Below are positions 11,695 through 23,864 of a stretch of DNA of 64,000 nucleotides, piece after piece. The notes under the pieces were generated by a model that saw nothing but the letters and a program-made list of their open reading frames with translations, searched no databases and was not told where the DNA came from. The position numbers were made by a program, and so were the translations under genes. The stretch comes from Naegleria gruberi (lineage: Eukaryota), in the NCBI GenBank assembly GCA_000004985.1, contig GG738845.1; one strand, 5' to 3'. Within the stretch, counting starts at the first letter, position 1, and each line of letters opens with the position of its first letter.

Positions 11695-11708
11695 ATTATA
11701 ATATTTAC

Positions 11709-12332
11709 TTAAATCATATTAGTATGTTTCTTGGTTGAACTAGTTGGTTGATTGGTTTTTTCCAAAATTGTTGAACCAGATTCAATTTTTTGGGAAACTT
11801 CGTTAACACTTTCCTCTGGTAATTTCTTTCTTAGTTCTGAAATTTCTTCTTTAGCTTGGACTAATTGATCCTCACTATCCAATAATAATTCCTTCACCAT
11901 TTCATAGTACATGACATCTCTTTGACGAGCAATTATCACAATTATCAAACAAATGATAAGTGCAGCATTAATAAAATGAAGTGGTCCTTTGACGGCAGAG
12001 TCCTTTGTAGCTCCTTGTTTCACATATTTTTCCAATAAATCTTCCAATTGATTTACATCTTGTGTTGTGAATGCTTTTTTCTCTGATAAATGTTGAAGTA
12101 TTTCCCTACTATTTTTTAATTTGGATGAAATTTCATCTTGTTGTGATTCGGAATCAGCGGCAAGTGCAGCTTCTTGTTGTTGTTTGAATTCCGCAGCAGT
12201 TTGTGCAGGTCTATTATTTCTTGGAGTATTTAGAATATTATTGGCGCCTCCTCCTAATGCTCTCAGGTTAGTCGAGAACTTTCTTGTATTAACTAAATGA
12301 GAGAGAATGGAACGACTATTCAGCCTGAGCAT
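11709..12332 (-). CDS. Hypothetical mitochondrial-targeted single-pass membrane protein with a coiled-coil
   Basis: 207 aa. The N-terminus MLRLNSRSILSHLVNTRKFSTNLRA looks like a presequence. There is one TM helix (AALIICLIIVIIA) and a C-terminal coiled-coil. Confidence 0.5.
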   Translation of the reverse strand: MLRLNSRSILSHLVNTRKFSTNLRALGGGANNILNTPRNNRPAQTAAEFKQQQEAALAADSESQQDEISSKLKNSREILQHLSEKKAFTTQDVNQLEDLLEKYVKQGATKDSAVKGPLHFINAALIICLIIVIIARQRDVMYYEMVKELLLDSEDQLVQAKEEISELRKKLPEESVNEVSQKIESGSTILEKTNQPTSSTKKHTNMI

Positions 12333-12383
12333 TTTTTATTGTTTGTGGATAATTTCAATTTAAATAAATTAATTTTAATAGAG

Positions 12384-12395
12384 CTTCGCGCCAAC
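12384..12395. promoter_or_regulatory. E2F-like GC box (CTTCGCGCCAAC) in an 89-nt divergent promoter
   Basis: TTCGCGCCAA sits between the divergent ATGs at 12332 (-) and 12422 (+). It is one of several recurring TTTSGCGCC/GGCGGGAAA elements and stands out in a roughly 75% AT background. Confidence 0.35.
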
Positions 12396-12421
12396 AGTAA
12401 TCGATTTTAACATTTAAAAAA

Positions 12422-13774
12422 ATGGAGTTTGCTTCACCCTCATCTGTTCACAACACAAACTACCCTGTTCAGAGAAGAAATTCTAACTCTGAACAATTTT
12501 TGACTCCCTATTCGGCCAATGAACCTCTGTACTTAGATGATGACAATGAAATTTGTTCTCCACAAATCCCGATCTCAACTGCAAAAACATTTTCTAAATC
12601 TGATAATTCTCTTGGTACTGATCTTCTCCCAAGTAATATGTCGTACGAAGTGGTTTGGAGAGAGGAAAAAATAAGGTTGCTTGAACAAGAGAGAAACTCC
12701 GCCCTATTAAAAATTGAGGAATTTGCTAAACAAAACCTTATTCTAAGAGAGGAGTTGAAAAAGAATCAGAAAAACACAAGCAATCCAACTAATGAGATCA
12801 ACCAATTAAAACATGAAAGAAATTCCATACAAGAATATGCTGAACAAATCCGCCAACAAAAGAACTTTCTTCAAGAACAACTAAATACGATAAAGCATGG
12901 CCAGGGAAATGTTGAAAGAGATTTAGAAAAAAAGGATATTCAAATTAGAAACCAAGAAAACCAAATAAGAGAATTATCTCACCAACTAGTTTCCCTCCAA
13001 AAGCAATGTGAGCAACTAATCTCAGAGAGAGAGAAAATGAAGAGTGATCTTATTGAGGCTCAAACCAATTTACATATCAAATCAGCTGAGCTAGAGGAAC
13101 TCAATGGAGTTCAAGAAGAATTGTTAAAGGCTATGAGCGAAGAAAAAAAGAAAACAACAGAACTGTTAAAACAGCAGAACTCTGAAAATGTTTCACGAGA
13201 GAAAATGAAAAAAGAAAATGAAAGATTGGAACTGTTGGTTGACAAGTTACAATCTGACTTTAAAAGGGAGCAACAAGAAAATTTTAATCAAAGATTAAAA
13301 TTTAATACAACACTCGAAGATACACAGATGAAAATGCAGGAAGAAATTGATAGGCTCACTAACAGTCTTTCCCAACTCAAGAGAGAAACAGAAGAAAAAG
13401 AAATACAACTAAAAAACCAAATTCATTCTCAGCAACACAAGATTGGTACATTGACAGATCAATTAAGAGAACAAATGGACAGGTATGAAAAGAATTTATC
13501 GTTATTAAAAACTGAAGAATCAGAAGAAAAGAACAAACACAACCAACAAGTCTCAAAATTTAAGAAGGAATTATCATCAAGCATTGAAATGATAAAACTG
13601 TTAAAGGAAGCAAACAAAAATTTGGAAGACAACTTTGTACAACATCAAAAAATAATATCTGCTTTAGAAGACCGTTTGAAAAAAGAAAAAGAAGAAAAGG
13701 AGGAATTGGCAGAAAATCTTGACATTCTAAAAAACAAATTACCTAAAATGCTTGCTTTGATTGCAGAAGACTGA
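12422..13774 (+). CDS. Coiled-coil protein (hypothetical)
   Basis: 450 aa from a true ATG, with a long heptad-rich E/K/Q/L region. Confidence 0.55.
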   Translation: MEFASPSSVHNTNYPVQRRNSNSEQFLTPYSANEPLYLDDDNEICSPQIPISTAKTFSKSDNSLGTDLLPSNMSYEVVWREEKIRLLEQERNSALLKIEEFAKQNLILREELKKNQKNTSNPTNEINQLKHERNSIQEYAEQIRQQKNFLQEQLNTIKHGQGNVERDLEKKDIQIRNQENQIRELSHQLVSLQKQCEQLISEREKMKSDLIEAQTNLHIKSAELEELNGVQEELLKAMSEEKKKTTELLKQQNSENVSREKMKKENERLELLVDKLQSDFKREQQENFNQRLKFNTTLEDTQMKMQEEIDRLTNSLSQLKRETEEKEIQLKNQIHSQQHKIGTLTDQLREQMDRYEKNLSLLKTEESEEKNKHNQQVSKFKKELSSSIEMIKLLKEANKNLEDNFVQHQKIISALEDRLKKEKEEKEELAENLDILKNKLPKMLALIAED

Positions 13775-13838
13775 AAATCAAACAAAAATTTAAAAATAAA
13801 TTTGTATTAAAGAACTCCCGCTTTACCAATACAAAAAA

Positions 13839-16800
13839 ATGTCTGAACTGGAAGACCTTGATGAGGAACCAACAAACAACACAAGACCATCCTCATCACA
13901 TATTCCCCAAAGCAAGAACGAATTAACAACAGATTTTCCCAAAAGACCAAAAACATCTCCCTCCAGAAATGATGAAGGGGCAATTGAACAACAACAGGAA
14001 GAACGGTCGGAGGATGTGGATCAAACCATCACCAAAAGAAGGAAAAAAAGAAGGACGAGAAGGCTTTTCGATGATGAACAAGAAGAGCAACCAGTTCTTG
14101 AATCTGAGGTAAATCAAGTAATCCAAACCAACGAAACAGAGGAAAGGATTCCAGAAAGGAGTGAATTCCAACAAAATGAACATCCTACAGAAGAGCCAGT
14201 TCAAGATTATCTTGAAGCTGAACCAATCACAAAAAAGTTGATTGAGAAAGATATTAAACAAGAAGAAAAGATTGTAGAGAGAAAGTTTCCAACAGTTATA
14301 AAAAAAGAACAAGCCAAGAAAAATCAGAATGAATGCTTGACACAAATCTCGGAAATAAGACCTGTGGTTGAAGGAGTTATTAAACAAATTCAGATTAGAG
14401 TTAGAGAGCTAGGAAAGCTTCAAGAATTTTATTTGTCAAAACAAAAAACTAAAGAAGCAGAAGAATGTAAAAGCTTGGCAGAAAAATTGAAAACATCCAC
14501 CGAAAAACTGTCCCAAGAATATTCTTCCAAATATAGATACTTTGATCCTCAAGAGGAGGGAATATTTGCTGACAAAAAGCCATTCATGTTGGAAAAAGGA
14601 CAACATTTACTTGAACATAGACTTTTAAGGGAATCTAATGGATTAACAAAATTTTTTGATGAAAATGGACAACTCATGGTTCAAATGGATCCAACTGCAA
14701 AAGTATTCACAAAACCTGGAGAAAATGATTTTGACTTTATTGACAATAGAACAATATCTCTTAAACGGACAATACCAACAAGAAGTATTCGTTCAACAAC
14801 AGCAACAAAACACTACAAGATAGAAATAGATCTTAGAGAAGTCTTATTTGAAGACCACCCTTTAATGTGTGAGGAGGAAATATTAGCTAGAAAAATACAT
14901 GAAGCATTCAAAATGTATAAGGAATTGAAAGAAAATGACAAATATACATACTTCCATAAGAGATTATTAGCTTTGCAAACAGAACTAGATAGACTTAGAG
15001 GCAAAAAAGACAAGGCGGTAAAAAAAACAAACCCACTTGATGAATTAAGCTATCTCACAAAAGAAACAAAAGAGTTGGAAAGAGAAATGTCTGTTCTAAG
15101 GTCTGAAATACGACAAAATAGACAAGATTTGGAAAATGAGGAGCAAAAAGAAATAATGCTAGTAAATTCAGTGATTGGAAATTGGAATGCCCTTTGCAAA
15201 GTTAGATCTACCAACAGATATAACGTAACAAACGTTAAATTGGGATTTAGAACAATTCCTCAAAACAAGGAGGATGACAGTTTTAGGATACAATACCAAA
15301 TCGAACAAGAGTTACAAGAATTGGAAGAGGATATGAGATGGAGTTACATTCAAAAATTAATTGAATTCAGAGAGCAACTTATTCCAAAACAGGAGCAAGA
15401 GTTTTCTTCCCTATATTTGATAGCAAAGAGCTCTCCCAAACTTGAATATTTTGATAAAGAAGAAGAAAAAAAGAAAATACTGACACGAATAGAGAAAACA
15501 ACAAGATATCCTGGGGAACCAATTGTTGTTCCAGAAATTTTGAAAATGGAAATAACAAAAGAATCAGAATTACCACCCGTAAGTATTTGCTTAAAATATG
15601 AAATAACTCGATCAGATGGAGGTCGAAAGAAGGAAGCAAATTAGCATGCTCTCATACCATATTAATTTATTGGTAAATGGAAACTATGTCTGTAAAACTA
15701 CCAATCAACAACTAAGATCTGATTTCACAATTAATTTTAATGAAATTGTTTCTGTTAGCGTTTTTAAATGGCCAGAATCAATCAGCTTGCAGATTTCTCA
15801 ATCTGGATGGTTCGAAAAGCCGCTCACTAATGTTTTTGTCCCTGTTCCAGGTTTAGAAAGATCTGGTAAAACAGATACTGAAAGTGTAAAACAAATTTCA
15901 TTTACTTCCCCGGAACCACATGTTCCAGTTTGGGATCTTCAGGCAACAGGCTCCTTTCCTCCTTCAATATTTCAAATATTCAAACCTGTTCTCTCTCCCA
16001 GTCATCATACCTACGGAAGTATTAAACTCTCTATTTCTTGGGTAAAGCCATCCGAAGAACGGACAGTGGAAGCCCCAAAACCACCAGTCGAAAAAACAAA
16101 GAAGAATCTTCCAACTGCAAGAGACTTACTCAACCTGAAACAAATAACTTCTTGGATGGAAACAAACAACATTGATCCCAATGACCCAAGAAACACTGGA
16201 CTTCTTTCCATGTTGAATGAATTAGACAGAGACGATCTTTCTAGCAAAGGTTTTTATTTGGCTGAGCAAGATGAAGACCTATTCTTTTTCGAGGAATTTA
16301 ATAGTTCTTCTTTCCAAAGACGTCTCCATTTATTGAAATTGAGGGATGAAGTAAAAGGAAAGGTACCATTACCTATGATTTCTTTGAATTTAGATCATAT
16401 CCAACCAAGGAATGTTAAAAATTATGAGGAAAGGATCATCCAATCACTCTCCAACGAGGCAAGATTATCATCATACGTAAATCAAGTTAGAAATTATACA
16501 AATAATGTTGTAATGAAGAAAGCAAAGAGACTAGTGAAGACAAATATGGAGTAAGTTATTTGGAAAATTAATTTCCTTACAAATATTTCTAGTGTATCTC
16601 AATATGTTAGAGAGCCTCCACTCCCAGAATTCCACCATTCCATTGATGCCATAATTGAAGTATTTGAAGAATACCGACCTTTAAATCCAAAAAGAGTTCA
16701 AAAGGAAGTACCTCCTATTAATGAAATTAATCAATGCAATATACTTATCCAAATAACAAGAGGATACAACTTCCCAGTCAGGAAAGGGCACGATGATGAG

Positions 16801-18651
16801 ACCTATAGAAACTACAGGCAAGAGAGATTGAAAAATGCTAGTGAAATTGGATTAGAAATGCAAATGGGAACTCGTGTTGCAACAAATGTACCAACCAATA
16901 TCTATGATCACACAATAGCTAATGCTGCCACATTACAAAAAGGACCCCAAGATACAATTAATTATATCACCATGGCTAAAAACACTCAAGAGCAGGGAAT
17001 GCCAGATGTAAGTACTAACTTTGCATTCTTAATTATTTAATTTCAACAGAGATTGCTCTCATTCGTTGCTATTAACTTTGATGGAGATATTCAAAGAACA
17101 AAATCTGTGGAAGGTCCATTCCCTCAATTCAATCAAACCCTATCAATACCTCTAAAAACTGTAAATAATGACTATAGCCCAGAATCACTGAAATTAATTG
17201 ATAAGGAAATTTACTTTGATGTTTTTGATGAAATAACCGTTGAAGGCCTAAGAGACGAAAGAGATTACAATACCATAAATCAAAGAGCTGAATTTAAGTG
17301 GTTAGGCTCTTACTCAGTACCATTCTCTACTCTGTACCAAAACGGAAAAATAATTGGTACCTTTAGACTTAAAACACCTCCTCTCTATCTGGGCTATGGA
17401 AAATCTGTTAATGATCAGAACGCTTACACAGCCTTAACCGTCTGTATTACACTGGATCCTCCTTTGCCAAGACCAGAGAAAGTTGAAGATTTCATAATTA
17501 CTGGAGAGGGACCTGAAGTGTATTCTTACTGTCAGTGGTGGTCTAAAGTTGTGAGAAAGTCCAAATATGCAAAAACCAGGAATGTGAAATGTCTTGTTCC
17601 AAATATTGAAGGAAAGGCAACTTTACTTACAAGGTACATTACTCCACAAGACCCTCCTCCTGAATTACAGACAGCTTCTGAACTAGCAAGATTTGTATCC
17701 CTCATTCCTCTTTTAAACGATTCATTAACGTTTGACGCAGGAGATATTTGGATTGGATCCCAAGAGTTTTTAGATACAAGGGCTGGTGATTGGGAAGAAC
17801 ATTCAATTCTTCTGTGCAACTATTTCCTTAGTTTGGGTAAAACAACTTTCTTTGTTCTTGGAAAAGGTGTCCCAGAAGGAGATACTGCATATGTTCTTAC
17901 AGTTGAAACCAGCGCAACAATTACACATAACAATAACCATTCGTATCAGGAAAATAGAAAGTGTTTATTGTTGTGGAACTCAGTAACCGGAGAGAAATAT
18001 TCAGTAGATGATCCTCTTTGTCCCCTTCAAGAAATACACTTAATTGCATCCCAAACAAATATTTGGATTAATGTGCAAAAACATGCCCAGCCATCCATGA
18101 TGAAATTTGATCTTAATGATATTTCACTATTTTATCCTCTATATAACCCAACAAGAGATTCTAACAGGATGATTGCTAAAGAATGTTGCGATCAAAAAGG
18201 AAAGATTCAATATAAGAAACTACTATACAATAAGTGCTCTCCAAATAATAGCATAAGACTAGAACAAGATATTAGACGAGCAATTGAGGAAGGATTTTCT
18301 TTATGGAGACACAAAGCTACGATATGGGACAACTCTGTTAGCAAAACATTTAAAGAGCTTTTACAAAGTTTCGAAGCAAGCAAAAAGCTAGACCAAGCAC
18401 TAAGTGATGAAAACCAACAACAAGTTTTGGCCATTGTAAATGAATCAAGTGCAGTGAATGGTTTTCCCCTTAATTTTTGTTTCAAGGATATTGAGGAAAT
18501 TGTTACAGAAGTACGAAACACCATGGTATACGATACATATGAGCCGGATGTAAAGTTTGCACTAGCTGTGTATGTAGAGCCATATGCTAATGATATTTGT
18601 AGTGTGTGGGTTTACGTTGCATCAATTATCAACAAGAGAGGGTATTATTAA
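13839..18651 (+). CDS. Large K/E-rich coiled-coil + C2-domain protein, CC2D2A-like (ciliary transition-zone type); exons 13839-15578, 15616-16550, 16593-17007, 17050-18651
   Basis: Three introns join four ORF blocks in frame: GTAAGT...AG (37 nt), GTAAGT...AG (42 nt) and GTAAGT...AG (42 nt). The protein is about 1580 aa: a charged coiled-coil N-terminal half, a C2-like beta-sandwich segment (…YFDVFDEITVEGLRD…FKWLGSYSVPFSTLYQNGKIIGTFRLKTPP…), then a large C-terminal domain. Overall size and architecture match CC2D2A/MKS6. The identification is from memory. Confidence 0.55.
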
Positions 18652-20252
18652 TCATAATATCACTCCACTTCCCAGATAGGATAACATGCTTCAATCGGCA
18701 TAAAAATCTACTTATTTCTCCCATTTCATCTTTCCTGTGGTAGAAGAATGTGAAACAGTCTCCCAAGGAAACATCATTAATTCCCTCAGCCTCTTTAATA
18801 TCTGGAAGAGGAATTTTACAAAATCCAAACCTGTTTACTCTGTCACCAAGGGATAATTGTCCAAAATCGTTTCTCCCTTAAAAGAAATAATTATAATAGA
18901 GATTACAAAATAACAAACCTGAAAAATAAAACTCATTTCTATCTGTAATTAATATTGAACGAAAATTTCCACATTTGATAAATTTGATTTTCTCCTTGAA
19001 TTCTATTTTGTTTAAATATCCGCTTGTTAGCTCAGTACACTTTGAGACACCCAATTGTCCATACATATTATTCCCAAAGCTATATAATTCGTTAACTCGA
19101 TTAAGTATAAGTACATGTGAAGCTCCCACAGAAATCATGTCAATCCAACCAATATTAATATTAACGGGTGTAAAAGTATTTCTCTGAATACAGTCAGGAA
19201 ATCCAAGTTGTCCAAATGTATTTTCTAATTAATCTAATATTCAGTGTCATCACTAAAAATTGAAACAAACCTCCACAAGAATAAATTGTATTCTTTCTTG
19301 TTAAAATCACTGTATGAGAATGCCCAAATCCGAAATCCTTAACTGAGTCTGTAATATAATCTATATGGGTAAATGAAGGCACTATAGTGACATTTTGCAA
19401 TCCCAATTGTCCATTTTGATTATTTCCTGCAAGATATAATTTTCCAGATCTTGTTAGGAATCCAGTTTTATGAAGTCCACATTTAAGCAATATTATTTCT
19501 TCACAAAATTGATTGGCATTCGTGGGATGAAAAGTATTACATTCTATCAATTGACCAATCCCTAATTGACCAAACTCGTTATCTAAAAATTATTAACTAT
19601 AAACTTAATTTGAAATTTACCTCCACAACAATAAACTTGATTGTCCAATGTCAATAAAGCAGAATGATACGATTTACTGGCTATTGCTTTAATGGACAGA
19701 GATTTCACTCCCATAACTTGAATAAATTCGAGAACACTTTCGTTGTGACCTAAAAGTTTCTAAAAATCCAAAAGAAAATATATTTACCTAAACCTATTAT
19801 TCACTTTTGTCAAAAACATTAAAATAATAATACAAACCTAATTGCCCACTGTAATTCCTTTGAAATTTAAATAAAATTCAAGAAATTATTACTCACCATC
19901 CTAAAAAGAATGTCACCTGGCAATTTATAATAAATTATAACATACCACACACCCACAATTCATTCCCAAATGTTAATATCATAGAGTGGCTTGCTCCTAG
20001 TTCTATCTGTTTAATTTCCTTTAAAATGTTTTTAGCTGTTTCTTCTACTGTAGAAATCCACTTGGTACTATTGTTGTTATTGTTTGATATTGATAATTGT
20101 CCATAATAGTTTCTTCCACAACAAAGTACTTTATATTTCCTCTGTTCATTCATTTGTTTTGCATCTTCATCACAAGATGAGAATAAAACCCTGTTCGTAA
20201 ATATTTTATTATCATCAAGTTGCAAATGATTTTCCTCTTGATAATTGTTCAT
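18629..20252 (-). CDS. RCC1-repeat protein, multi-exon; exon blocks around 20252-19976, a micro-exon near 19826-19845, 19550-19194, 19138-18878 and 18868-18629
   Basis: Repeated blade motifs: VLCCGRNYYGQLS, ASHSMILTFGNELWVCG(M)NYSGQLGL (via the micro-exon), LAGNNQNGQLGLQ, FGFGHSHTVILTRKNTIYSCGG, FGNNMYGQLGV and GRNDFGQLSLGD. It is interrupted by several short introns. Exact boundaries and the 3' end are uncertain; the last exon may overlap the convergent upstream gene by about 20 nt. Confidence 0.5.
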
Positions 20253-20266
20253 TTTTTATTATCAAT

Positions 20267-21586
20267 TTATTTTCTAAATCCGAACCAGCCACCAGAAGCT
20301 TGTTTCTTGTCTTCAACAGGTTGTTGTTGTTGTTGAGCTTTCTTAATGTTTTGTAATTTTGTAATAAAATCACGAGCTATTTGTTGTGCTGGTTTGTCTC
20401 TGTTTCCGTATTCATTTAAAATTGTCCTCACATCAATTTTACCAGATTTACTGGCTACAAGCTCCAAGAATGGTACTAAATCTGTCAGTAATCTGTCGGA
20501 TGTATCTCCTTTCCATGGCTCAACAACAAGTGTATTTTCAGGTTGCTTACTATAGGCTTCAGCACGGTGGTCAATCAAAACAATCCTTTCGATAGGTCTG
20601 TTCATCAATGACAGATCCTTAATAGTTTTACCATTCTCCATAGTTGTAGAATCCTTGAAGAGTTTGTGAGCATATTGATTTGGATCAAGTCTTTCAATAA
20701 TTTGTTGAACAGATGTCATATAATTTTCACTGAAAAATACCAATTCATAGTATTGACTAATTGTCTTGAGGAAATTATCCAATCCAGGACGTTTTTGTGT
20801 TTTCCAACCTGTACGTGGTGTGTAATAAGTATGAATCAAAAGGTCTTCGACTGCTAAAATCAAAACAGGTTTTTGAGGAGATCCTTCTGCAAGATCAGGA
20901 AGGAGTTTAGAATTGGTTGGTTTGGTTAATGGTGCCATGAGTTCATCAATTTTCTCTTTCAAATTATCAAAGCTAAATCCTATTTCGGAGTATAATCCAT
21001 ACATTGCATAGAGTCCCATCATCATAAAGAAGGGAAGTGAATATTTTACACCATATGCATGCCAGTTTGGTTTTGTACGAATTTTTTCAGTAGCTTGTTG
21101 GTCTCCCATATCCTCATAGTCTGCACCAGTTGTTTTCTTTTTTTCATTTGTCTTTTGTTCTTGTTGTGAATCCTTTTTTTCATTTGTCTTTTTTTCTTTC
21201 TTTGGTTCTTCTGCTTTCTTTTCTTCTTCAGCTGTTGAAGCTTCTTCTTGTTCCTCGGCTTCTTCTGGTTGTGGTGGAGGAGGATTGTTCTTTCTTTCCT
21301 CAGCCTTCATCTTTTTAATTCTTTCGGCTTTTTCTCTCAAATTATAATCATCTTCATTGGATGGTTTTGAACCAACACGAAGAAGAACTTTAGTAGACGA
21401 AGTGAAGGCTCTGTTTTGTTCCAAAGGTTGGAAAGAAAGGAATTTGTTTGTATTAATGTGGTTAAGAATTGATAAGTACATCACTAATAATTGTGAATAA
21501 GTGTAATATTAAAAACATACATTGCTCCTTCCTGGAAAGCTGTCTTCCCGTAGCTTTGGTGAGGGCAGGTAATAAATGTTTGAGCA
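20267..21586 (-). CDS. TIM50: Mitochondrial import inner-membrane translocase subunit TIM50; exons 21586-21520 and 21482-20267
   Basis: FCP1-homology domain PVLILAVEDLLIHTYYTPRTGWKTQKRPGLDNFLKTISQYYELVFFSENYMTSVQQIIERLDP...VLIDHRAEAYSKQPENTLVVEPWKGDTSDRLLTDLVPFLE is a strong TIM50 match. An upstream 67-nt exon MLKHLLPALTKATGRQLSRKEQ(-) looks like a presequence and joins through a 37-nt GTATGT...TAG intron. Confidence 0.8.
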
Positions 21587-21721
21587 TTTTTTAAAGATTT
21601 GTTGGAAATAAAAATTCAATCAATTTATTATATAAAAATATTATTCTAATTCAAAGATTAAATATTTAATATTAATTGTTTGAGGGAAAATTATTTTATC
21701 GCTAACATTAAATATAATTAT

Positions 21722-23384
21722 TTAATGATCTAAAATTTTACTTTTCAATAATTGCTTCTTAGAGAATGATGTTAATTGTCTTACATGGCTGTCCAAAGCA
21801 TCAGAAAATTTGTTGTAAATAGTATAGGAGACATTGTTTTCCTTGCATACCTTTTTAACAATTGGTAAAATTTTTGGGTACAACCATGGATTAATACCAG
21901 GGAATAAGTGATGAATAACTTGGTAGTTCAAAAAACCAGAAAGATATGTCCAGAGGTAACTGTCATGACAATAATCAATGCAGGTAGTGACTTGAATAGC
22001 AGCCCAATCCAAATCGTCATTTCCACCATTGCCTTCATTGCTGTTATCGACCATCTCATTAATAGCATTTGATGGCCAAGCACATTTTTCAGAGATATGA
22101 TTAATTTGAGAAAGGAAGCCAAACATTACTCCAGCAACGATTTCAGTAGCAATAAAGGTCAAAACAGTTTCCATAACATTACGACCAATTAAACCCCCTG
22201 TCTTGTTAAATAAAAAGATTGGTAAAACTATTCTATAAATAAAGAAGAATATCTTACTTCCATAGAAATGGAAAGTAGTAGAGCTAAATGTGGGTGTGGC
22301 AAATGCAATACCTTCACTGACATGTCTTGTCCAATAATGGATAAAATCAACAATTTGCATGTAAAAGATCAATGAAGCATACAAGAAAGGCAATGATCCA
22401 AAAGAACCAGTCTTTGCCATGATATCTACAGGAACAGATGTATAATCCTTTGGTTCAGAATACATTTTAGCAATCAAATCAACCTTTTCATTTTTTGAAC
22501 AAGTGGCCTTAGTTGCTGAAGATGGAGTATTATCAATGTGTCTGTTCCAAGTGTAGACACCAACATCAGGATCAATCTCACTCATGTTAGTATAACTGTT
22601 TTGATAATTAGAAAAGAAAAATACCTAATACATACACGTGATGACCAACATTATGTCTAATGGTCCAAACATAAAAGGATTGGCCCAAAACATATGATCC
22701 AAAATTACCAATCAATCTCCACACTGTTGGAAAATCAGTGAAAGAACCATGACCTAAATCATGAACTACATGAACCAATGCAAGATGATGGAATAAACCA
22801 GCTAATAAACCCAATAAAATTGCAACTCCCAAATTGATTGATGGAAAATATTGAGAGAGAATTTGGCAAGTTAATAGACCTGTGAAAATAAAAATTGCAT
22901 TGCAAAGTCTAAGGCCTGAAACTCTTCTTATGTTCTTTTTGAATCCACTACTTTCATTCTTAATTAATTCATCTCTAATACGTTGTTTCATAATTTCATA
23001 AATATTTGTTTTGTTTGTTGATTGCTTTGGGCCAGAAAGAGGTGATTGGAAAGTGAATTTAATTGCAGCATCATTTGGTAGTTCATCTTGATTAAGAGGA
23101 AGCTTTCCTACTTTGGCACTTTCAACATCGAACTCTCCCACATACTTGATAGAACCTCCAGTGCCTTTGAGGTAGGATCTTGCAATTGATTCGGATGATA
23201 AATGGTATGATTCAAACAAGGCAGTAGCATCACGGGCGCAAGCAGATTCTATCATCTCACGACCACCAGGGTGCTTATCGGCAAACTCCGTCAAATCATA
23301 AACTTTATCGTAGAGAACTGTCCATAAACGAGTGTTCTTTACTCCATCATGCTCTTGAAGTTGTTCGAGTGTAATTTTACTCAT
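21722..23384 (-). CDS. Front-end (delta-5/delta-6-type) fatty-acid desaturase with N-terminal cytochrome b5 domain; exons 23384-22636 and 22595-21722
   Basis: The b5 motif is ...LTEFADKHPGGREMIE. His boxes are HDLGH, HNVGHH and a third QVIHHLFP (QxxHH, the front-end hallmark). A 40-nt GTATGT...CAG intron joins ...HNVGHH-V-YTNMSEIDPDV in frame. Confidence 0.85.
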
Positions 23385-23864
23385 TTTTTTTTTGATGTTT
23401 CACAATGCGAAATGTGAAAATATATTGTAATTAAATTGAATTGAAGCCTTTTCGGTTATAAGATAACTTTGGAGGAGTCCACACTTGTTATTCAACACCT
23501 GACTTTGTTTTTTTTGAAAAGGTCAACATTATAATTCATCGTAATGAATGGGGAGGTTTCATTAACTAGAGAGTGATGACTCGAGTAATCATATGCCATA
23601 TTTTGATTACAATGTTTTGAAAACTAAATAGTAAGGTTTGTTTTAAGGAATTTAGACAAGTTTGGTCGTTTCCTCTAACCCGTTCTGCTCTTTCATTAAT
23701 AATTTCATTAAATGTTGCTAATACCATTAAAAAATCTAATGTGTTATTATTATATGTAATAGGCCTGTAAATCATGCATAATTAATTGTCAAGTATTGTT
23801 TGCCATCTATGATAGTTGATTGTTTCATCATATCCATTTTACTTTTATTAAAAAAATATTAAAA

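Noticed and set aside
23385-23510. Possible box C/D snoRNA (TGATGT ... CTGA about 95 nt apart) in the largest intergenic region
   Set aside because: The boxes are degenerate and no convincing terminal stem or guide complementarity could be seen. They start immediately at the desaturase initiation codon, so this is most likely promoter or 5'-UTR sequence.
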